A stretch of 64,000 nt of DNA. Source: a bacterium (GTDB lineage Bacteria; JADJOY01). Location of the stretch: the NCBI GenBank assembly GCA_046331705.1, contig JAXLQJ010000012.1, positions 62,001 through 126,000 on the forward strand. The letters run 5' to 3'. Each line of letters opens with the position of its first letter. Positions within the stretch are counted from its first letter, which is position 1. Under the pieces are notes generated by a model. The model made no database searches and was not told where the DNA came from. It was given only the letters and a program-made list of their open reading frames with translations. Shown here one piece after another: positions 9,190-19,911 of the stretch. The position numbers and the translations under genes are program-made.

Positions 9190-10771
9190 CGCCACCCGTC
9201 CCGGACGCTTTCCGTGGCTGCTGGTCTGGACCGCTGCGGCGCTGCTGTGGATCGGCTCGTTGTCGGGCTGCTCCGGGACCGGGCCGAATCCGGCGCCCCC
9301 GCAGCCCATCCTGCCGGCGCGCGTCATCGGCTGCGGGCTGCTCGGCACGGCGCGCTCCGGTTCCCCGGCGGGCGCCGGGATTCCGGTTCGGATCGTCGAT
9401 GCGGCGCTTGGCGAGGGCGCCGAGAGCGCGGCGCTGGCGCTCGGCACGACCGACGCACGCGGCTGCTACGCGATCGACCTGCCCGACACGGTCGCCGTTC
9501 GCTCCGGCGCCCGCTTCCAGGTGGAAGGGCAGGCGGGCGCGCTGCCACTGCGCGCGATGCTGCTCGAGCGCACCCTCGGCGAGGACGTGCAGGTCTTCCC
9601 CGCCGATTGGTCCGTGAGCAGCGAGTCCTGCACGTTGCTGACGGTCTCGAGCCTGGAGGCCTCGGGCCGCGCGCTCGACTCGTTGAGTCGCAGTGAGGTC
9701 GATCGGGTGCGCTCGGTGTGCGAGCTGGTGGCGCTCGTCGACAGCATCGAGAGCGCGATTCCCGAGCAGGTTCAAGACGTGACGGACACCAGCCTCGGCG
9801 CCGAGGACTCGCCGGTGCGCAACGCGCTCGACGCCGTTGGCGAGGTGCCGCCCGCGCAGGCGCTCGACGATCCGGATGGAGATGGCATCGACACCGCGGT
9901 CGACGATTGCCCCGCGGTCGCCGACGCGCAGCAGCGCGATGGCGACGGCGACGGAGTCGGAGACGCGTGCGACGACTGCCCCGTCGATCCGGATGCCGAT
10001 CAGCTCGACGCCGATGGCGACGGCATCGGCGACGCCTGCGACGTGTGCCCGAGCGTCGCCGATCCCGACCAGCTCGACACCGACGGCGACGGCATCGGTG
10101 ATGCCTGCGACGCGACGCCCGCGTGTACCGATTCCGACGGCGACGACATCTGCGACGACGGCGACGCGAGCGGACTAGCCGGCGATCGGCCGTGCACGGG
10201 CGGCATTCTCGAGGGCTGCGACGACAACTGCCCGAGCCGCCCCAACCCGTTCCAGGTCGACAGCGACGGCGACGGCGTCGGCGATGCCTGTGACGTCTGC
10301 CTGGATCTCGCCGATCCCACCCAGCTCGACACCGATCTCGACGGCGTGGGCGACGCTTGCGACGACTGCCCGCAGGTGGCGAACGCCGACCAGCTCGACG
10401 GCGATGGCGACGGTTTCGGGGACGCGTGTGACCAGAACCCGAGCTGCACGGACTCCGATCTGGACGACGTCTGCGACGACGGCGACGCGAGCGGCATCGC
10501 CGGCGACCGTTCGTGCGCCCCTGGCGAGCGCATCGGCTGCGACGATTCGTGCGTGAGCGTGCCCAACACGGACCAATCCGACACCGACGGCGACGGTGTG
10601 GGCGACGCCTGCGACGACTGTCCGCAGGTGGCGGACCGCGATCAGCTCGATTCGGACGGCGATACGCTCGGCGACGCGTGCGATGCGTGTCCCACCGAGC
10701 CGGGCTCGCCGCTCGTTCCGGATCCCCCCGATCCCAACGCGCCGCTTCCCGGCTGCCCCGCGCCGATTTGA
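9176..10771 (+). CDS. Lipoprotein with thrombospondin type-3 (Ca-binding) repeats
   Basis: GTG start overlapping the XRE gene end; hydrophobic stretch plus lipobox LSGC; many DxDGDGxGDACD repeats. Confidence 0.85.
   Translation: MTRTDATRPGRFPWLLVWTAAALLWIGSLSGCSGTGPNPAPPQPILPARVIGCGLLGTARSGSPAGAGIPVRIVDAALGEGAESAALALGTTDARGCYAIDLPDTVAVRSGARFQVEGQAGALPLRAMLLERTLGEDVQVFPADWSVSSESCTLLTVSSLEASGRALDSLSRSEVDRVRSVCELVALVDSIESAIPEQVQDVTDTSLGAEDSPVRNALDAVGEVPPAQALDDPDGDGIDTAVDDCPAVADAQQRDGDGDGVGDACDDCPVDPDADQLDADGDGIGDACDVCPSVADPDQLDTDGDGIGDACDATPACTDSDGDDICDDGDASGLAGDRPCTGGILEGCDDNCPSRPNPFQVDSDGDGVGDACDVCLDLADPTQLDTDLDGVGDACDDCPQVANADQLDGDGDGFGDACDQNPSCTDSDLDDVCDDGDASGIAGDRSCAPGERIGCDDSCVSVPNTDQSDTDGDGVGDACDDCPQVADRDQLDSDGDTLGDACDACPTEPGSPLVPDPPDPNAPLPGCPAPI
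9868..10690 (+). repeat. Intragenic TSP3 repeat array with an internal duplicated block
   Basis: Repeated gacggcgacggc..ggcgacgcctgcgac units; block [20 protein letters not shown]...GCDD.C occurs twice (about 10123 and 10444). Confidence 0.85.
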
Positions 10772-10829
10772 CGCCGCTGCCGCCGCGGACGCGGGCAGGG
10801 CGGCGCGTTCGGAACGTCCCGAGTCAGCC

Positions 10830-12629
10830 TCAGAACTCTTGCCAGTAGTCGTCGTCCGCGCCGTTGCCGCTCGCGTGCGCTCGCTGGGTTGCGGTGGCGC
10901 GCGGCGCGGGCGGCGCCGCTCTCACCGACGGCTTGGGTACCGCAGCCGGGGGCGCTGGGGCTCGGCTCGTGGTCGCGGCGGCGCTCTTTTCCTCGGAGTC
11001 GGCGCCGTCCTCGTCGCCTGCCGGCTCCGCGACGCTCCTGGGCTTCTCTGCGTCGGCGATGGCATCGCGTACGCCCGCCGGCTGCGCGCCCTCGTCGTGC
11101 GCGGTGCGGAAGAAGCCCATCAATCGATCGAGGTCGCGCGCTTGATCGGCCATCGCCTCGCTGGCGGCGGCGGATTGCTCCACGAGCGCGGCGTTTTCCT
11201 GCGTGGATGTGTCCATCCGCGTCACGGCCTGGTTGATCTGGTCGACGCCGGTTGCTTGCTCGGCACTGGCCGTGGCGATCTCGCCGATGATGTCGCTCAC
11301 CTTCTTCACGCCAGCCACGATCTCCGCGAGCGTCTCGCCCGAGCGGTTCACGAGCTTGCTGCCTTCCCCCACCTTGACGACGCTCTCGCGGATCAGTGCC
11401 TTGATCTCCTTCGCCGCGGCAGCGGCGCGTTGCGCCAGATGTCGCACCTCGGTGGCGACCACCGCGAAGCCGCGACCGTGCTCGCCGGCGCGCGCGGCCT
11501 CCACCGCAGCGTTGAGCGCGAGCAAGTTGGTCTGGAACGCGATCGCGTCGATCACGCCGATGATCTCGGCGATCTTCTTGCTCGATGCGTCGATCGCGCC
11601 CATCGCCTGGATCGCTTCGCCGACCACCACGCCGCCTTTCTCGGCCGCCTCGCGGGCGCTCGTGACGAGCTGATGGGCTTGCTGGGCGTTTTCCGCGCTC
11701 TGACGCACGGTGCTGGTCATCTGCTCGACGCTCGCCGCCGTCTCGCCGAGCGCGGAGGCCTGCGCTTGGGTGCGGTTGTTGAGGTCGGCGTTGCCCGCCG
11801 AGATCTCGCTCGAGCCTTGGCGGATGGCGCGCGACGTATCGCGGATTCTCCCGACCATCGTGCGTAGCTGCTCGAGGGCGCTGTTGAGCGCCCGCGCCAT
11901 GCGGCCGAGCTCGTCGTCCGCGTTCACCGCGAGCTGATTGCGCAGATCGCCGGCGGCGAGCGCTTCGAGGACGCTCACGGTCGATGTGAGGGGTCGGGTG
12001 ATGCTGCGGCAGTACCGCCAGATGCCGAGCGCCAGCAACGCGCCGAAGCCGGCGGTCGCCAGCAACATGGTGCGGCGAAAGCGTTGGCTCTCGGCCACCA
12101 CGTGCTCCAGGCCGACGTCCAAGCTGACCGCGCCCAGCACGCGACCCTCCTCGACCTGATGACAGGTCGTGCAGTTCGTGCCCAGCAAGTCGGTGGTGGC
12201 GATCATCGGCAGCACGGCGCGGTAGACGAGCGTTCCGTCGCGGGTCTCGGCGCCGAGGAAGGGCTTCGCCGTGCTCAAGACGTTCGCCTCCACGGCGTCG
12301 ATGGACTCCGGCTGCTTGCCGCTGGATCCGTACTGCTCGGAGACGGCGGGGCCGGCGAGCACGCGCAGCGAGCGAATGCCTCCGCTGCGCTTGAGCTCGT
12401 TGGTCACGGCCTCGATCCGCGCGAGGTCCGCCGAGTCCATGGCTTGCACGAGGCTCGTGAACGCGAGCTGGCTCGCCCCGTCGGCGAAGACGCGGCCCTG
12501 GTCGAGGGCCATCTGGCTCTGCTTGCGGGTGGCGAGGACGATGGTTCCGCCGCTCGTGAAGGCGAGCACCAGCACGAAGGCGCCCACCAACCGCGCCGAT
12601 ATCGGTAAGGACTGCACTTTGCGCCACAT
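10830..12629 (-). CDS. Methyl-accepting chemotaxis protein with periplasmic heme-c sensor and C-terminal pentapeptide
   Basis: TM-sensor (NCTTCHQ)-TM-HAMP-MCP ([30 protein letters not shown]); ends YWQEF; start refined to MWRKVQ. Confidence 0.93.
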   Translation of the reverse strand: MWRKVQSLPISARLVGAFVLVLAFTSGGTIVLATRKQSQMALDQGRVFADGASQLAFTSLVQAMDSADLARIEAVTNELKRSGGIRSLRVLAGPAVSEQYGSSGKQPESIDAVEANVLSTAKPFLGAETRDGTLVYRAVLPMIATTDLLGTNCTTCHQVEEGRVLGAVSLDVGLEHVVAESQRFRRTMLLATAGFGALLALGIWRYCRSITRPLTSTVSVLEALAAGDLRNQLAVNADDELGRMARALNSALEQLRTMVGRIRDTSRAIRQGSSEISAGNADLNNRTQAQASALGETAASVEQMTSTVRQSAENAQQAHQLVTSAREAAEKGGVVVGEAIQAMGAIDASSKKIAEIIGVIDAIAFQTNLLALNAAVEAARAGEHGRGFAVVATEVRHLAQRAAAAAKEIKALIRESVVKVGEGSKLVNRSGETLAEIVAGVKKVSDIIGEIATASAEQATGVDQINQAVTRMDTSTQENAALVEQSAAASEAMADQARDLDRLMGFFRTAHDEGAQPAGVRDAIADAEKPRSVAEPAGDEDGADSEEKSAAATTSRAPAPPAAVPKPSVRAAPPAPRATATQRAHASGNGADDDYWQEF

Positions 12630-12645
12630 GTCCCAAGACCCTCCT

Positions 12646-14478
12646 TCACCCGAGTCCACGAAACGTGCTCTTGCTCGAACCGTCTCCGGGAGTGCGCGCG
12701 GCGGCGCCCTCGGCGATGCTCACGGCCACTTCCCCGTGGGCTTCCGCGGTGGTGCCCCGCGCGGGCGGCGGCTGCCTGCTCGGGCGCGCGCGGGATCGTG
12801 ACGACCCCGACCGCGCTGGCCCGCGGGTCGGCGTCCCCTCGGTTGCGCCCGTCGGGGACGCGGCCTCGCGGGCCGTTGCGGTCGCCCGGCTCCGCGCGGC
12901 CACGGCCGGAGCGCCGCGGTCGCCGACGGAGTCCATGCCGTCGTCACGATGCGTGCGGAAGAACTGCATCAATCGGTCGAGCTCGCGCGCTCGGTCCGCC
13001 ATGGACTCGCTGGCGGCGGCGGACTGTTCGACCAGCGCGGCGTTCGCTCGCGTCGCCGAGTCCATGCTGGTCACGGCCTGATTGACGTGCTCGATCCCCG
13101 CGGCCTGTTCCGCGCTGGCGGTCGCGATCTCGCCGATGATGTCGCTCACAGTCGTCACGCCGGCGAGGATCTCGGTGAGCGTCTCGCCGGATCGATTCAC
13201 GAGCTTGCTGCCTTCGGCGACCTTGCCGACGCTCTCCCGGATGAGTGCCTCGATCTCCTTCGCGGCAGTGGCGGAGCGATGGGCGAGGCCACGTACCTCC
13301 GCGGCGACCACCGCGAAGCCGCGGCCCTGCTCGCCGGCGCGCGCGGCTTCCACCGCCGCGTTCAGCGCGAGCAAGTTGGTCTGGAACGCAATGCCGTCGA
13401 TCACGCCGATGATCTCGGCGATGCGCTTGCTGGACGCGTCGATCTCGCCCATCGCCGCGATCGTCTGGCCGACCACGGCGCCGCCGTTCTCGGCCGTGGC
13501 GCGGGCGTTCGTCACGAGCTGATTCGCGTGTCGTGCGCTGTCCGCGCTCTGCCGCACGGCGCTGGTCATCTCCTCGACGCTCGCCGCCGTCTCGCCGAGC
13601 GCGGAAGCCTGCGCCTGGGTGCGGTCGTTGAGATCGGCGTTGCCCGCCGAGATCTCGCTTGCGCCTCGGGTGATCGCCTGCGACGCCGCGCGGATCTGGA
13701 TCACCATGTCGCGCAGCTTCTCGGTCGCCGTGTTGAGCGCGTGCCCCATGCGACCGAGCTCGTCGTCGGACGTCACGTGCACGCGGTTGCGCAGATCGCC
13801 CCCGGCGAGCCCCTCGAGAACCGCCACCGTCGAAGCGAGCGGCCGCGTGATGCTCCGGCAATACCGCCAGACGCCCAGCGCCAGGAGCAGCCCGACGCCC
13901 GCCGTGGCGAGCAGCATCGTGCGCTGGAACGTCTGGTTCTCCGCGACCACCTGATCGAGGCCGACGTCCAGGCTCAGCGCGCCCAGGACCCGGCCCGCCT
14001 CGACCTGATGGCACGCGGTGCAGTTGGCACCCAGGAAGTCCGCACGGGCGATCATCGGTAGCACCGCGCGGTAGACCGGGATGCCGTCGCGGGTGGCGGG
14101 GCCGAAGAACGGCTGCCCCTCTCGGATCACGCGCTCCTCGACGCCGTCGACCGGATATTTCGGGTTCTTCTTCGGGCCGAAGCGCGCGATCACCGCCGGA
14201 CCGCGAACGACGTGGAGCGAGCGCACGGACCCGCTTCGCTCGAGCTCGTCGACGGCCGCGTTCACCTGCCTGAGATCCGCGAACCGCATGGCCTCGATCA
14301 CCGCCGCGAACGCCATGTGGCTCGCCCCCTCGGCGAACCGCCGCGCCTGACTCAGCGCCAGCAGGTTCTGCGCGCGGGTCGCCAGCACGATCGAGCCCGC
14401 GCTCGTGACGGCGAGCACTAGGACGAACGTGCCCACCAAGCGCACGGAGATGGGTAGGGACTGCACTCTCCGCCACAC
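12646..14478 (-). CDS. Methyl-accepting chemotaxis protein with periplasmic heme-c sensor (paralog)
   Basis: Same architecture, NCTACHQ, MCP signature; no xWxxF tail. Confidence 0.93.
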   Translation of the reverse strand: MWRRVQSLPISVRLVGTFVLVLAVTSAGSIVLATRAQNLLALSQARRFAEGASHMAFAAVIEAMRFADLRQVNAAVDELERSGSVRSLHVVRGPAVIARFGPKKNPKYPVDGVEERVIREGQPFFGPATRDGIPVYRAVLPMIARADFLGANCTACHQVEAGRVLGALSLDVGLDQVVAENQTFQRTMLLATAGVGLLLALGVWRYCRSITRPLASTVAVLEGLAGGDLRNRVHVTSDDELGRMGHALNTATEKLRDMVIQIRAASQAITRGASEISAGNADLNDRTQAQASALGETAASVEEMTSAVRQSADSARHANQLVTNARATAENGGAVVGQTIAAMGEIDASSKRIAEIIGVIDGIAFQTNLLALNAAVEAARAGEQGRGFAVVAAEVRGLAHRSATAAKEIEALIRESVGKVAEGSKLVNRSGETLTEILAGVTTVSDIIGEIATASAEQAAGIEHVNQAVTSMDSATRANAALVEQSAAASESMADRARELDRLMQFFRTHRDDGMDSVGDRGAPAVAARSRATATAREAASPTGATEGTPTRGPARSGSSRSRARPSRQPPPARGTTAEAHGEVAVSIAEGAAARTPGDGSSKSTFRGLG

Positions 14479-14492
14479 GACCAGCGCCCCCT

Positions 14493-14588
14493 CGGCAGGC
14501 GAGCCAAGTGAAAAACGCAGGGGTTACCGCGGAGTTGCGCCGAAGCGCCCGGGGCCGACGGCGTGGCCCCTGCGGCTCGCTGGTGCCG
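14493..14588 (-). other. Candidate structured 5' leader RNA
   Basis: Nested complementary segments 14493-97/14584-88, 14499-505/14574-80, 14517-23/14567-73 and a GCGC-UUCG-GCGC hairpin (14537-48). Confidence 0.4.
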
Positions 14589-14599
14589 CGCGGTCGGAA

Positions 14600-14615
14600 C
14601 GCAAGATCCTTGCCG
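14600..14615 (-). promoter_or_regulatory. Sigma54 promoter of the tandem MCP genes
   Basis: Minus strand CGGCAAGGATCTTGCG, GG-N10-GC. Confidence 0.6.
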
Positions 14616-14738
14616 CGACCGAGCGAGCCGGCGGTGGACCTCCCCCCGGGCGCAGTCTGGACTTACCCCCGGATCCGGTCGTGAATCGGGGGGGCGGGGC
14701 GTGGGCGAGAATCGAGCGCTGGAACGCGCGAACCGGCG

Positions 14739-15254
14739 CTACGGCTCGGCCTTGGCTCGCCGCCGCTCGGCGGGAAGGCCGTCGTGAGGGCCGAGCGTGC
14801 GCTCGGGGGCGTCCTTCCACCAGCGCTCGCCGATCTGCGCCTTGCGCTCGGGGTTGAGCGGATAGACGAGCTGGTTATCGGGCCGGGTTCGATCTCCGAC
14901 CACCAGCAGCCGCGCCGGACGATCGGAGTCGTTGATGAACGTGTGACAGATCCCGGTGCCTGCGGGAAAACCGACGGCGTCGCCGGGCTCGAGGCGGAAC
15001 ACCTCGCCATCGATCCAGGCGTCGACCGAGCCTTCGAGCACGTACACGAACTCGTCCTCGGTCTTCTCCGCGTGCGGATAGGAGAGCCGTCGGCCGGGCA
15101 GCAACAGCTCGTGATGGATGCCGATGCGCGCGAGCCCGAAGGCGTGGCCGAAGGGCGATCCCAGGCTGTGGAGCTCGTCGCTACCCGGATAGCTCCAGGC
15201 TTCGTCTTCCTGAAGCTCTCGCCAATGCTTGATGAACGGTGGCCGGCTGGTCAT
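14739..15254 (-). CDS. Cupin domain protein
   Basis: GIHHELLLPGRRLSYPHAEKTEDEFVYVLEG...GFPAGTGICHTFIN; ATGA overlap with the GT2 stop. Confidence 0.9.
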   Translation of the reverse strand: MTSRPPFIKHWRELQEDEAWSYPGSDELHSLGSPFGHAFGLARIGIHHELLLPGRRLSYPHAEKTEDEFVYVLEGSVDAWIDGEVFRLEPGDAVGFPAGTGICHTFINDSDRPARLLVVGDRTRPDNQLVYPLNPERKAQIGERWWKDAPERTLGPHDGLPAERRRAKAEP

Positions 15255-16573
15255 GGGCGTTCTCTCCCGGATGGAGGAAGGGTCGGATCGCCGCGATCGA
15301 GGGCGCGGAAGCGGGAGAGTAGGCCCTCTTCGTCGCTCCGCGCCAGTGGCTCGAGGTCTAGCGCGACTCCGTGCCACGCCAGGATCGCCAGCGCCACCTC
15401 GGCGATGGGTTGCCGCGGATACGCGACGGCGGTGAGGTGATGCACGAGCTTGAGCGCGCGAAAGGGACTGAGCCACGCGAAGAAGCGCGCGCGGAAGGAG
15501 GCCAGCGAGGTGGCGTTGGCGCGCATCTCGTGGAGCGCTTCGGGCAGGCCGTGATCGCGCAGGAACGACGCGGCGGGGGCGGCGACCTCGCCGAGCCCGG
15601 CGAGCGGGTCGTCACCGGTGCTCGCCCACCAGCGATCGATGCGCGCGATCAGCTCGGCGAGAACCCGATAGACGCGGGGATCGTAGCCGCGAATCGAGGG
15701 ATCCTCGCGTGCCAGCGCCTCGCCGACGGCACGGCCGGTGCCGAACGGGACGCGGCTGGAAACACGCGGAGACGGATGGACGGTGGTGGAGCGAATCTCG
15801 CCCACCCGCGCGTGCAGCGCGAGCTTCTGCAGGAAGTAGAAGTCCTCGCCAGCCTGACGGCGGTTCATGCCGCCGTGCGTCGCGTACGCCACGGCGCGCA
15901 CCGCCATGCTCGAGCCGACGGTCTGGATGGCGCTCGGATGGCCGGCGAGCCCGAGCCCGTGGACGTGGCAGCGCAGGAACAGCTCGTAGCCGACGATCGC
16001 CGCGCGATGGCGCGGATCGGCGAGATCCTCGTGGGGATGCTCGAAGTGCACGGCCGCCGCGTCCGCCTCTGGGTGCGCGTCGAACCACTCGGCGAGCGCC
16101 ACGAGGTAGCTCGGGGCGACGGTGCAGTCGGCATCGAGGCACGCGATCACGCCGCGCGGACGGCCCACGCGATCGAGGCGCAGGGCGGCCTCGTCCATGG
16201 CGAGCTTCCGCGCCAGGCCGACGCCCGCGTGACGCGCCGGCAGATCGAGCGCCTCGATCACGTGGACGCGGATCGGCGCGGCGGCCGCCGCCGCGGCCGC
16301 GCCGAAGGCACGCGCCTCGCGGGCGTCGAGCGCCGAGCGCGCGCGCACCTCCGCGTCATCGCGCTCGGAGGCGTTCGCGATCACGATGACCTCCACGCCG
16401 ATGGCGGGAGCCGCGGCGCGCGCGAGCGACGCCAGCGTCTCGCCGAGCGCGGGCTCGTCCTTGCACGGGATCGCGACCACCAGGCCCAGATCGGGAGCGG
16501 GCGGCTCCTCGATCGAGGGTCGAAAGCACGGCTGCTTTCGCAGATACTGCGCGATCGGAGTCTCGCCCGCCAT
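15251..16573 (-). CDS. Family 2 glycosyltransferase
   Basis: VVAIPCKDE, GVGLARK, CLDADC (DxD), GEDFYFLQK, SSRVPFGTG. Confidence 0.85.
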   Translation of the reverse strand: MAGETPIAQYLRKQPCFRPSIEEPPAPDLGLVVAIPCKDEPALGETLASLARAAAPAIGVEVIVIANASERDDAEVRARSALDAREARAFGAAAAAAAAPIRVHVIEALDLPARHAGVGLARKLAMDEAALRLDRVGRPRGVIACLDADCTVAPSYLVALAEWFDAHPEADAAAVHFEHPHEDLADPRHRAAIVGYELFLRCHVHGLGLAGHPSAIQTVGSSMAVRAVAYATHGGMNRRQAGEDFYFLQKLALHARVGEIRSTTVHPSPRVSSRVPFGTGRAVGEALAREDPSIRGYDPRVYRVLAELIARIDRWWASTGDDPLAGLGEVAAPAASFLRDHGLPEALHEMRANATSLASFRARFFAWLSPFRALKLVHHLTAVAYPRQPIAEVALAILAWHGVALDLEPLARSDEEGLLSRFRALDRGDPTLPPSGRERP

Positions 16574-17179
16574 GGCCTCTCGAACCGTGCCGCTACTGGT
16601 GCCGAGCGATCCGCGCTGGATCGGCGCCGTCCTCGCCGACCTCGACGGCTTCCTCGCCGATCACGCCAACTGCGAGCGCAAGGCGTCGGTGCAGGCGATG
16701 AGCTTCGTGGTCAAGTTCCCGGATCGGCCGCGGATCTTGCAGCCGCTGATCCGCCTCGCCCAGGAAGAGCTCGAGCATTTCGCTCGAGTGTACGCGCTCA
16801 TGGAGCAGCGCGGGCTGGCGCTCCGGCCGGACAGCAAGGATCGCTACGTGAATCCGATGCTCACGCTGCTGCGGCACGGGCGCAACGAACGCTTTCTCGA
16901 TCGCATGCTCCTGGCGTCGGTGGTGGAGGCGCGGGCGGCCGAACGATTCGCGCTCTTGGGCGAGGCGCTCGCGGATGCGGATCTCGCCGCGATCTATCGG
17001 ATCTTCGCGAGCGGCGAGGCGGGGCACGCCGAGCTCTATCCCTCGCTCGCCGCCAAATACTTCGGCGAGGACGAGATACGCGCGCGCCTCGCCGAGCTCG
17101 CGACGATCGAGGCCGAGGTGGTGAGCGCGCTCACCCCGCGACGCCCTGCAACAGCGCCGCGGCCGCGCCCGATCAGTGA
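16572..17179 (+). CDS. miaE: tRNA-(ms2io6A)-hydroxylase MiaE; 3' end uncertain (no in-frame stop where expected)
   Basis: DHANCERKAS, EELEHF, VEARAAERF, EAGH di-iron motifs; similarity ends near 17145 but the frame stays open to 18347. Confidence 0.85.
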
Positions 17180-17927
17180 ATGTCCCAGCCCTCGGGCGAC
17201 GCGGCTTCGGCAGCGGCGCGGGAGCCGGTGCGGGCCGCGCCCGCGGCGCGGGGGCCGCCGGGACGTCGGTTGGCGCCGGCGCGGCCTCGAAGGCGGCGGG
17301 CTCGCGCCGCGCGGTGCCCGTCGCGCCGAAGTAGTAGTGGACCGCGACTCCGCCGAAGAGGTTGCCGGTGGTGCCCGCGGATACGAAGTCCGGATCGGAG
17401 CCCACGTTCACGGCGAAGCCGATCTCCGTCGACAAGCTCAGGTTCGGCAGCCCTTGCAGGAAGAACTCGGCGCCGCCGAGGGCGCCGAAGCTGCCCACGA
17501 CCTGGTCGGCGCCCACGCTCCCCGCTTCGACGTCCGCGTACGAGACGCCGAAGAGGCCGCCGGCGTAGAGGTGCATGTTGGGTTCGTCGACCACGTTGCC
17601 GAGCAGGCGTCCCTCGAAGGACACCGCGAACGTGTCGACGTCGCGGGTCACTTCCACGTCACCGAGCTCGAACGAGCTGATCGAGCTCACGTTGAAGCCC
17701 ACGATCCCCTGGATGGCCCACGTGGAGTCGATCCAGTAACGGCTCGAGAGCCCGGCGCCGAGGCCCTGATTGCCGCTCACCGGCGACTGGCTGTTGGCCA
17801 TCATGTCGAAGCCCAGCCCCAGGCGTTGCGACAGGTCCTTGGCGGGCGCCGTCTCGCCGAGCGCGAGCAGGCTCAGCGCCAGGAGAGCGGCCCAGGTCCG
17901 GCACGAAGTTCGCGATCGCGTCGTCAT
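17173..17927 (-). CDS. Small outer-membrane beta-barrel protein with Pro/Ala-rich tail; probable frameshift near 3' end
   Basis: Signal peptide, KDLSQRLGLG, amphipathic strands ending VAVHYYF; a shifted frame gives AEAASPEGWDIH-stop at 17173. Confidence 0.7.
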
Positions 17928-18049
17928 CGAGTCCCCCGGTTCGCGCGCGGCCGCGCCGCGCGCCGAGTCGTGGCGGGTCATTTAGCTCGCGCCTCGAAGT
18001 GCTCGCAACCGTCGCTCGGGCCGTCGGTCCGCGGGCGGCTCGGCCGGGC

Positions 18050-18772
18050 TCAGGCGAGGCCGTGGGCTTCCAGCAAGGCGCGGTCGCCGAGGACGGCCTC
18101 GGGCGATTCGTCACGCACGACCTTGCCCCGCGACAGCACCACCGCGCGCCCGCAGAGCTGCGCCACGAAGTCGAGGTCGTGGGTGGCGATGAGTTGGGTG
18201 CGTCCGATGCGCCTCAGGAGCGCGATCAGCTCGCGACGGCCGCGCGGATCGAGGGCGCTGGTGGGCTCGTCGAGGACCAGCACCTCGCATCCCATCGCGA
18301 GCACCGAGGCGAGCGCCACGCGCTTCTTCTGCCCGACGCTCAGATGAAACGACGTGCGCTCGGCCGCGTCGCCGAACCCCACGGCGTCGAGCGAGTCGCG
18401 AACCCGGTCGCGAACCTCGGGCTCGGAAAGCCCCAGGTTGCGTGGGCCGAAGGCGACGTCGTCGTAGACCGTGGGACAGAAGAGCTGATCGTCGGGGTTC
18501 TGGAACACCAGCCCGACGCGGCGCCGGATCTCGCGCAGATTTCCCTTCTCGACCGTGAGCCCGAGGATCTTCACCTTGGGTGAGCACGCGAGGATCCCGT
18601 TCAGGTGCAAGAGCAGCGTGGACTTGCCGGCGCCGTTGGCGCCGAGCAGCGCCACGCGCTCGTCGGCCGCGACCGCGAGCTCGAGCGCGTCCAGGGCCCG
18701 CGTGCCGTCGGGGTAGGCATACGTCAGCGCCTCGACCGCCACGGCGGGCGGCACCGTTTCCGCCGCGCTCAC
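18050..18772 (-). CDS. nikO: ECF Ni/Co transporter ATPase NikO/CbiO
   Basis: GANGAGKS Walker A, FQNPDDQLF, LSVGQKKR, LDEPT; GTG overlaps the upstream stop. Confidence 0.9.
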   Translation of the reverse strand: MSAAETVPPAVAVEALTYAYPDGTRALDALELAVAADERVALLGANGAGKSTLLLHLNGILACSPKVKILGLTVEKGNLREIRRRVGLVFQNPDDQLFCPTVYDDVAFGPRNLGLSEPEVRDRVRDSLDAVGFGDAAERTSFHLSVGQKKRVALASVLAMGCEVLVLDEPTSALDPRGRRELIALLRRIGRTQLIATHDLDFVAQLCGRAVVLSRGKVVRDESPEAVLGDRALLEAHGLA

Positions 18773-19572
18773 GCGCGAATCCCGAGCCGGAACACCAAGA
18801 AGAGCCCGATCACCAGCGCCCCCAGCGCGACCTCGACGAAGCGCGGCGCCGAGACGTGGACGGTGGTGGGCCGACCTTCGTAGCCTCGCGCCAGCATCGC
18901 CAGGTGGATGCGCTCGGCGCGCTCGTAGCTGCGCAGGAAGAAGACGCCGATCATCTGGCCGATGGTGCGCGCCTGGGCGAGCGAGCGACCCTCCCAGCCA
19001 CGCGAGTCGCGCGCGCGGCGCATGCGCACGATCTCGTCGCCGAGCACGAACGCGTAGCGATACGTGAAGCTCGCGAGCATCACCAGCACCGCCGGCGTGC
19101 GGAGCTGCTCGAGCCCCACGACGATGCGCTCGAACGGCGTGGTCCAGGTGAGCAGCGTGAGCGCCAGCACACCGAAGAGCGCCTTCCACACCACGTTCCA
19201 GAACACCAGCAGGCCGCTCGCCGAGATCCGCAGGAACCCGAGGCGGAAGCCGTCGTCCGCGGTGACGCCATGGGCGGGTAGGAACGGCAGGAAGATCGCG
19301 ATCAGCGCCACGAACGGCACCACCGCGACGACGCGCGTCATCACCACGTGCGGCGAGACCCGCGACCAGATCAACAGCAGGCCGAGCATCGAGAAGTAGC
19401 AGGCCGTGGCCACGAACGCCGCGGGCGGCGTGCTCACGGCGATCACCACCAACGCGATCACCGTCACGAGCTTCACGCGCGGATCCACCCGGCCGGCCCA
19501 GCTCGGTAGGTCCGCCGCCGCGTGGGCGTGGGGCTGGGGATGGGCGTGGTCGTGAAAGTGGATGCCGCTCAC
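18769..19572 (-). CDS. nikQ: ECF Ni/Co transporter T component NikQ/CbiQ
   Basis: DPRVKL, YRY, RSYERAERIHLAMLARG; His-rich N-terminus. Confidence 0.9.
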   Translation of the reverse strand: MSGIHFHDHAHPQPHAHAAADLPSWAGRVDPRVKLVTVIALVVIAVSTPPAAFVATACYFSMLGLLLIWSRVSPHVVMTRVVAVVPFVALIAIFLPFLPAHGVTADDGFRLGFLRISASGLLVFWNVVWKALFGVLALTLLTWTTPFERIVVGLEQLRTPAVLVMLASFTYRYAFVLGDEIVRMRRARDSRGWEGRSLAQARTIGQMIGVFFLRSYERAERIHLAMLARGYEGRPTTVHVSAPRFVEVALGALVIGLFLVFRLGIRA

Positions 19573-19898
19573 GGCTCGTCGGCCCGCCCGTCGTCGCGGC
19601 GCTTGGTGCGCATCATCACCTTGGCGATCGCGTAGCTGCCCCCGAACATGATGACGAGACCGATCACCCCGGCGAGCGCGATCGCCTTGCGCTCGTCTTC
19701 CACGCCCGGAACCTTGTAGTCGGCGAGCGGCGCCGAGTCGCTGAACGGCTCGCGTGGCGCGTCCACGGCCACCTGATGATCCTCGAGCACCCGCTCCAGA
19801 CCATCGGGCGCGCGCGACGCCAGCGGCGCCACGACGACGACGGCGAGGACGGTCAGGCTGAGCGCGACGATGACGAAGATCTTGGTCTGCCGGTCCAC
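19569..19898 (-). CDS. nikN: PDGLE-domain membrane protein (NikN-like)
   Basis: ASRAPDGLERV...APLADY...LAGVIG, two TM segments. Confidence 0.85.
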   Translation of the reverse strand: MDRQTKIFVIVALSLTVLAVVVVAPLASRAPDGLERVLEDHQVAVDAPREPFSDSAPLADYKVPGVEDERKAIALAGVIGLVIMFGGSYAIAKVMMRTKRRDDGRADEP

Positions 19899-19911
19899 CC
19901 TCGTCTCCTCG

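Noticed and set aside
9868-10690. Regularly spaced DNA repeats that could suggest a CRISPR array
   Set aside because: Repeats are degenerate at third codon positions and encode TSP3 motifs; no cas genes; the same applies to repeats in 23831-26353 and 61230-62440
16386-18347. 653-aa ORF read as a MiaE fusion protein
   Set aside because: The extension is the antisense of the OMP and nikO genes; better explained by a missing stop
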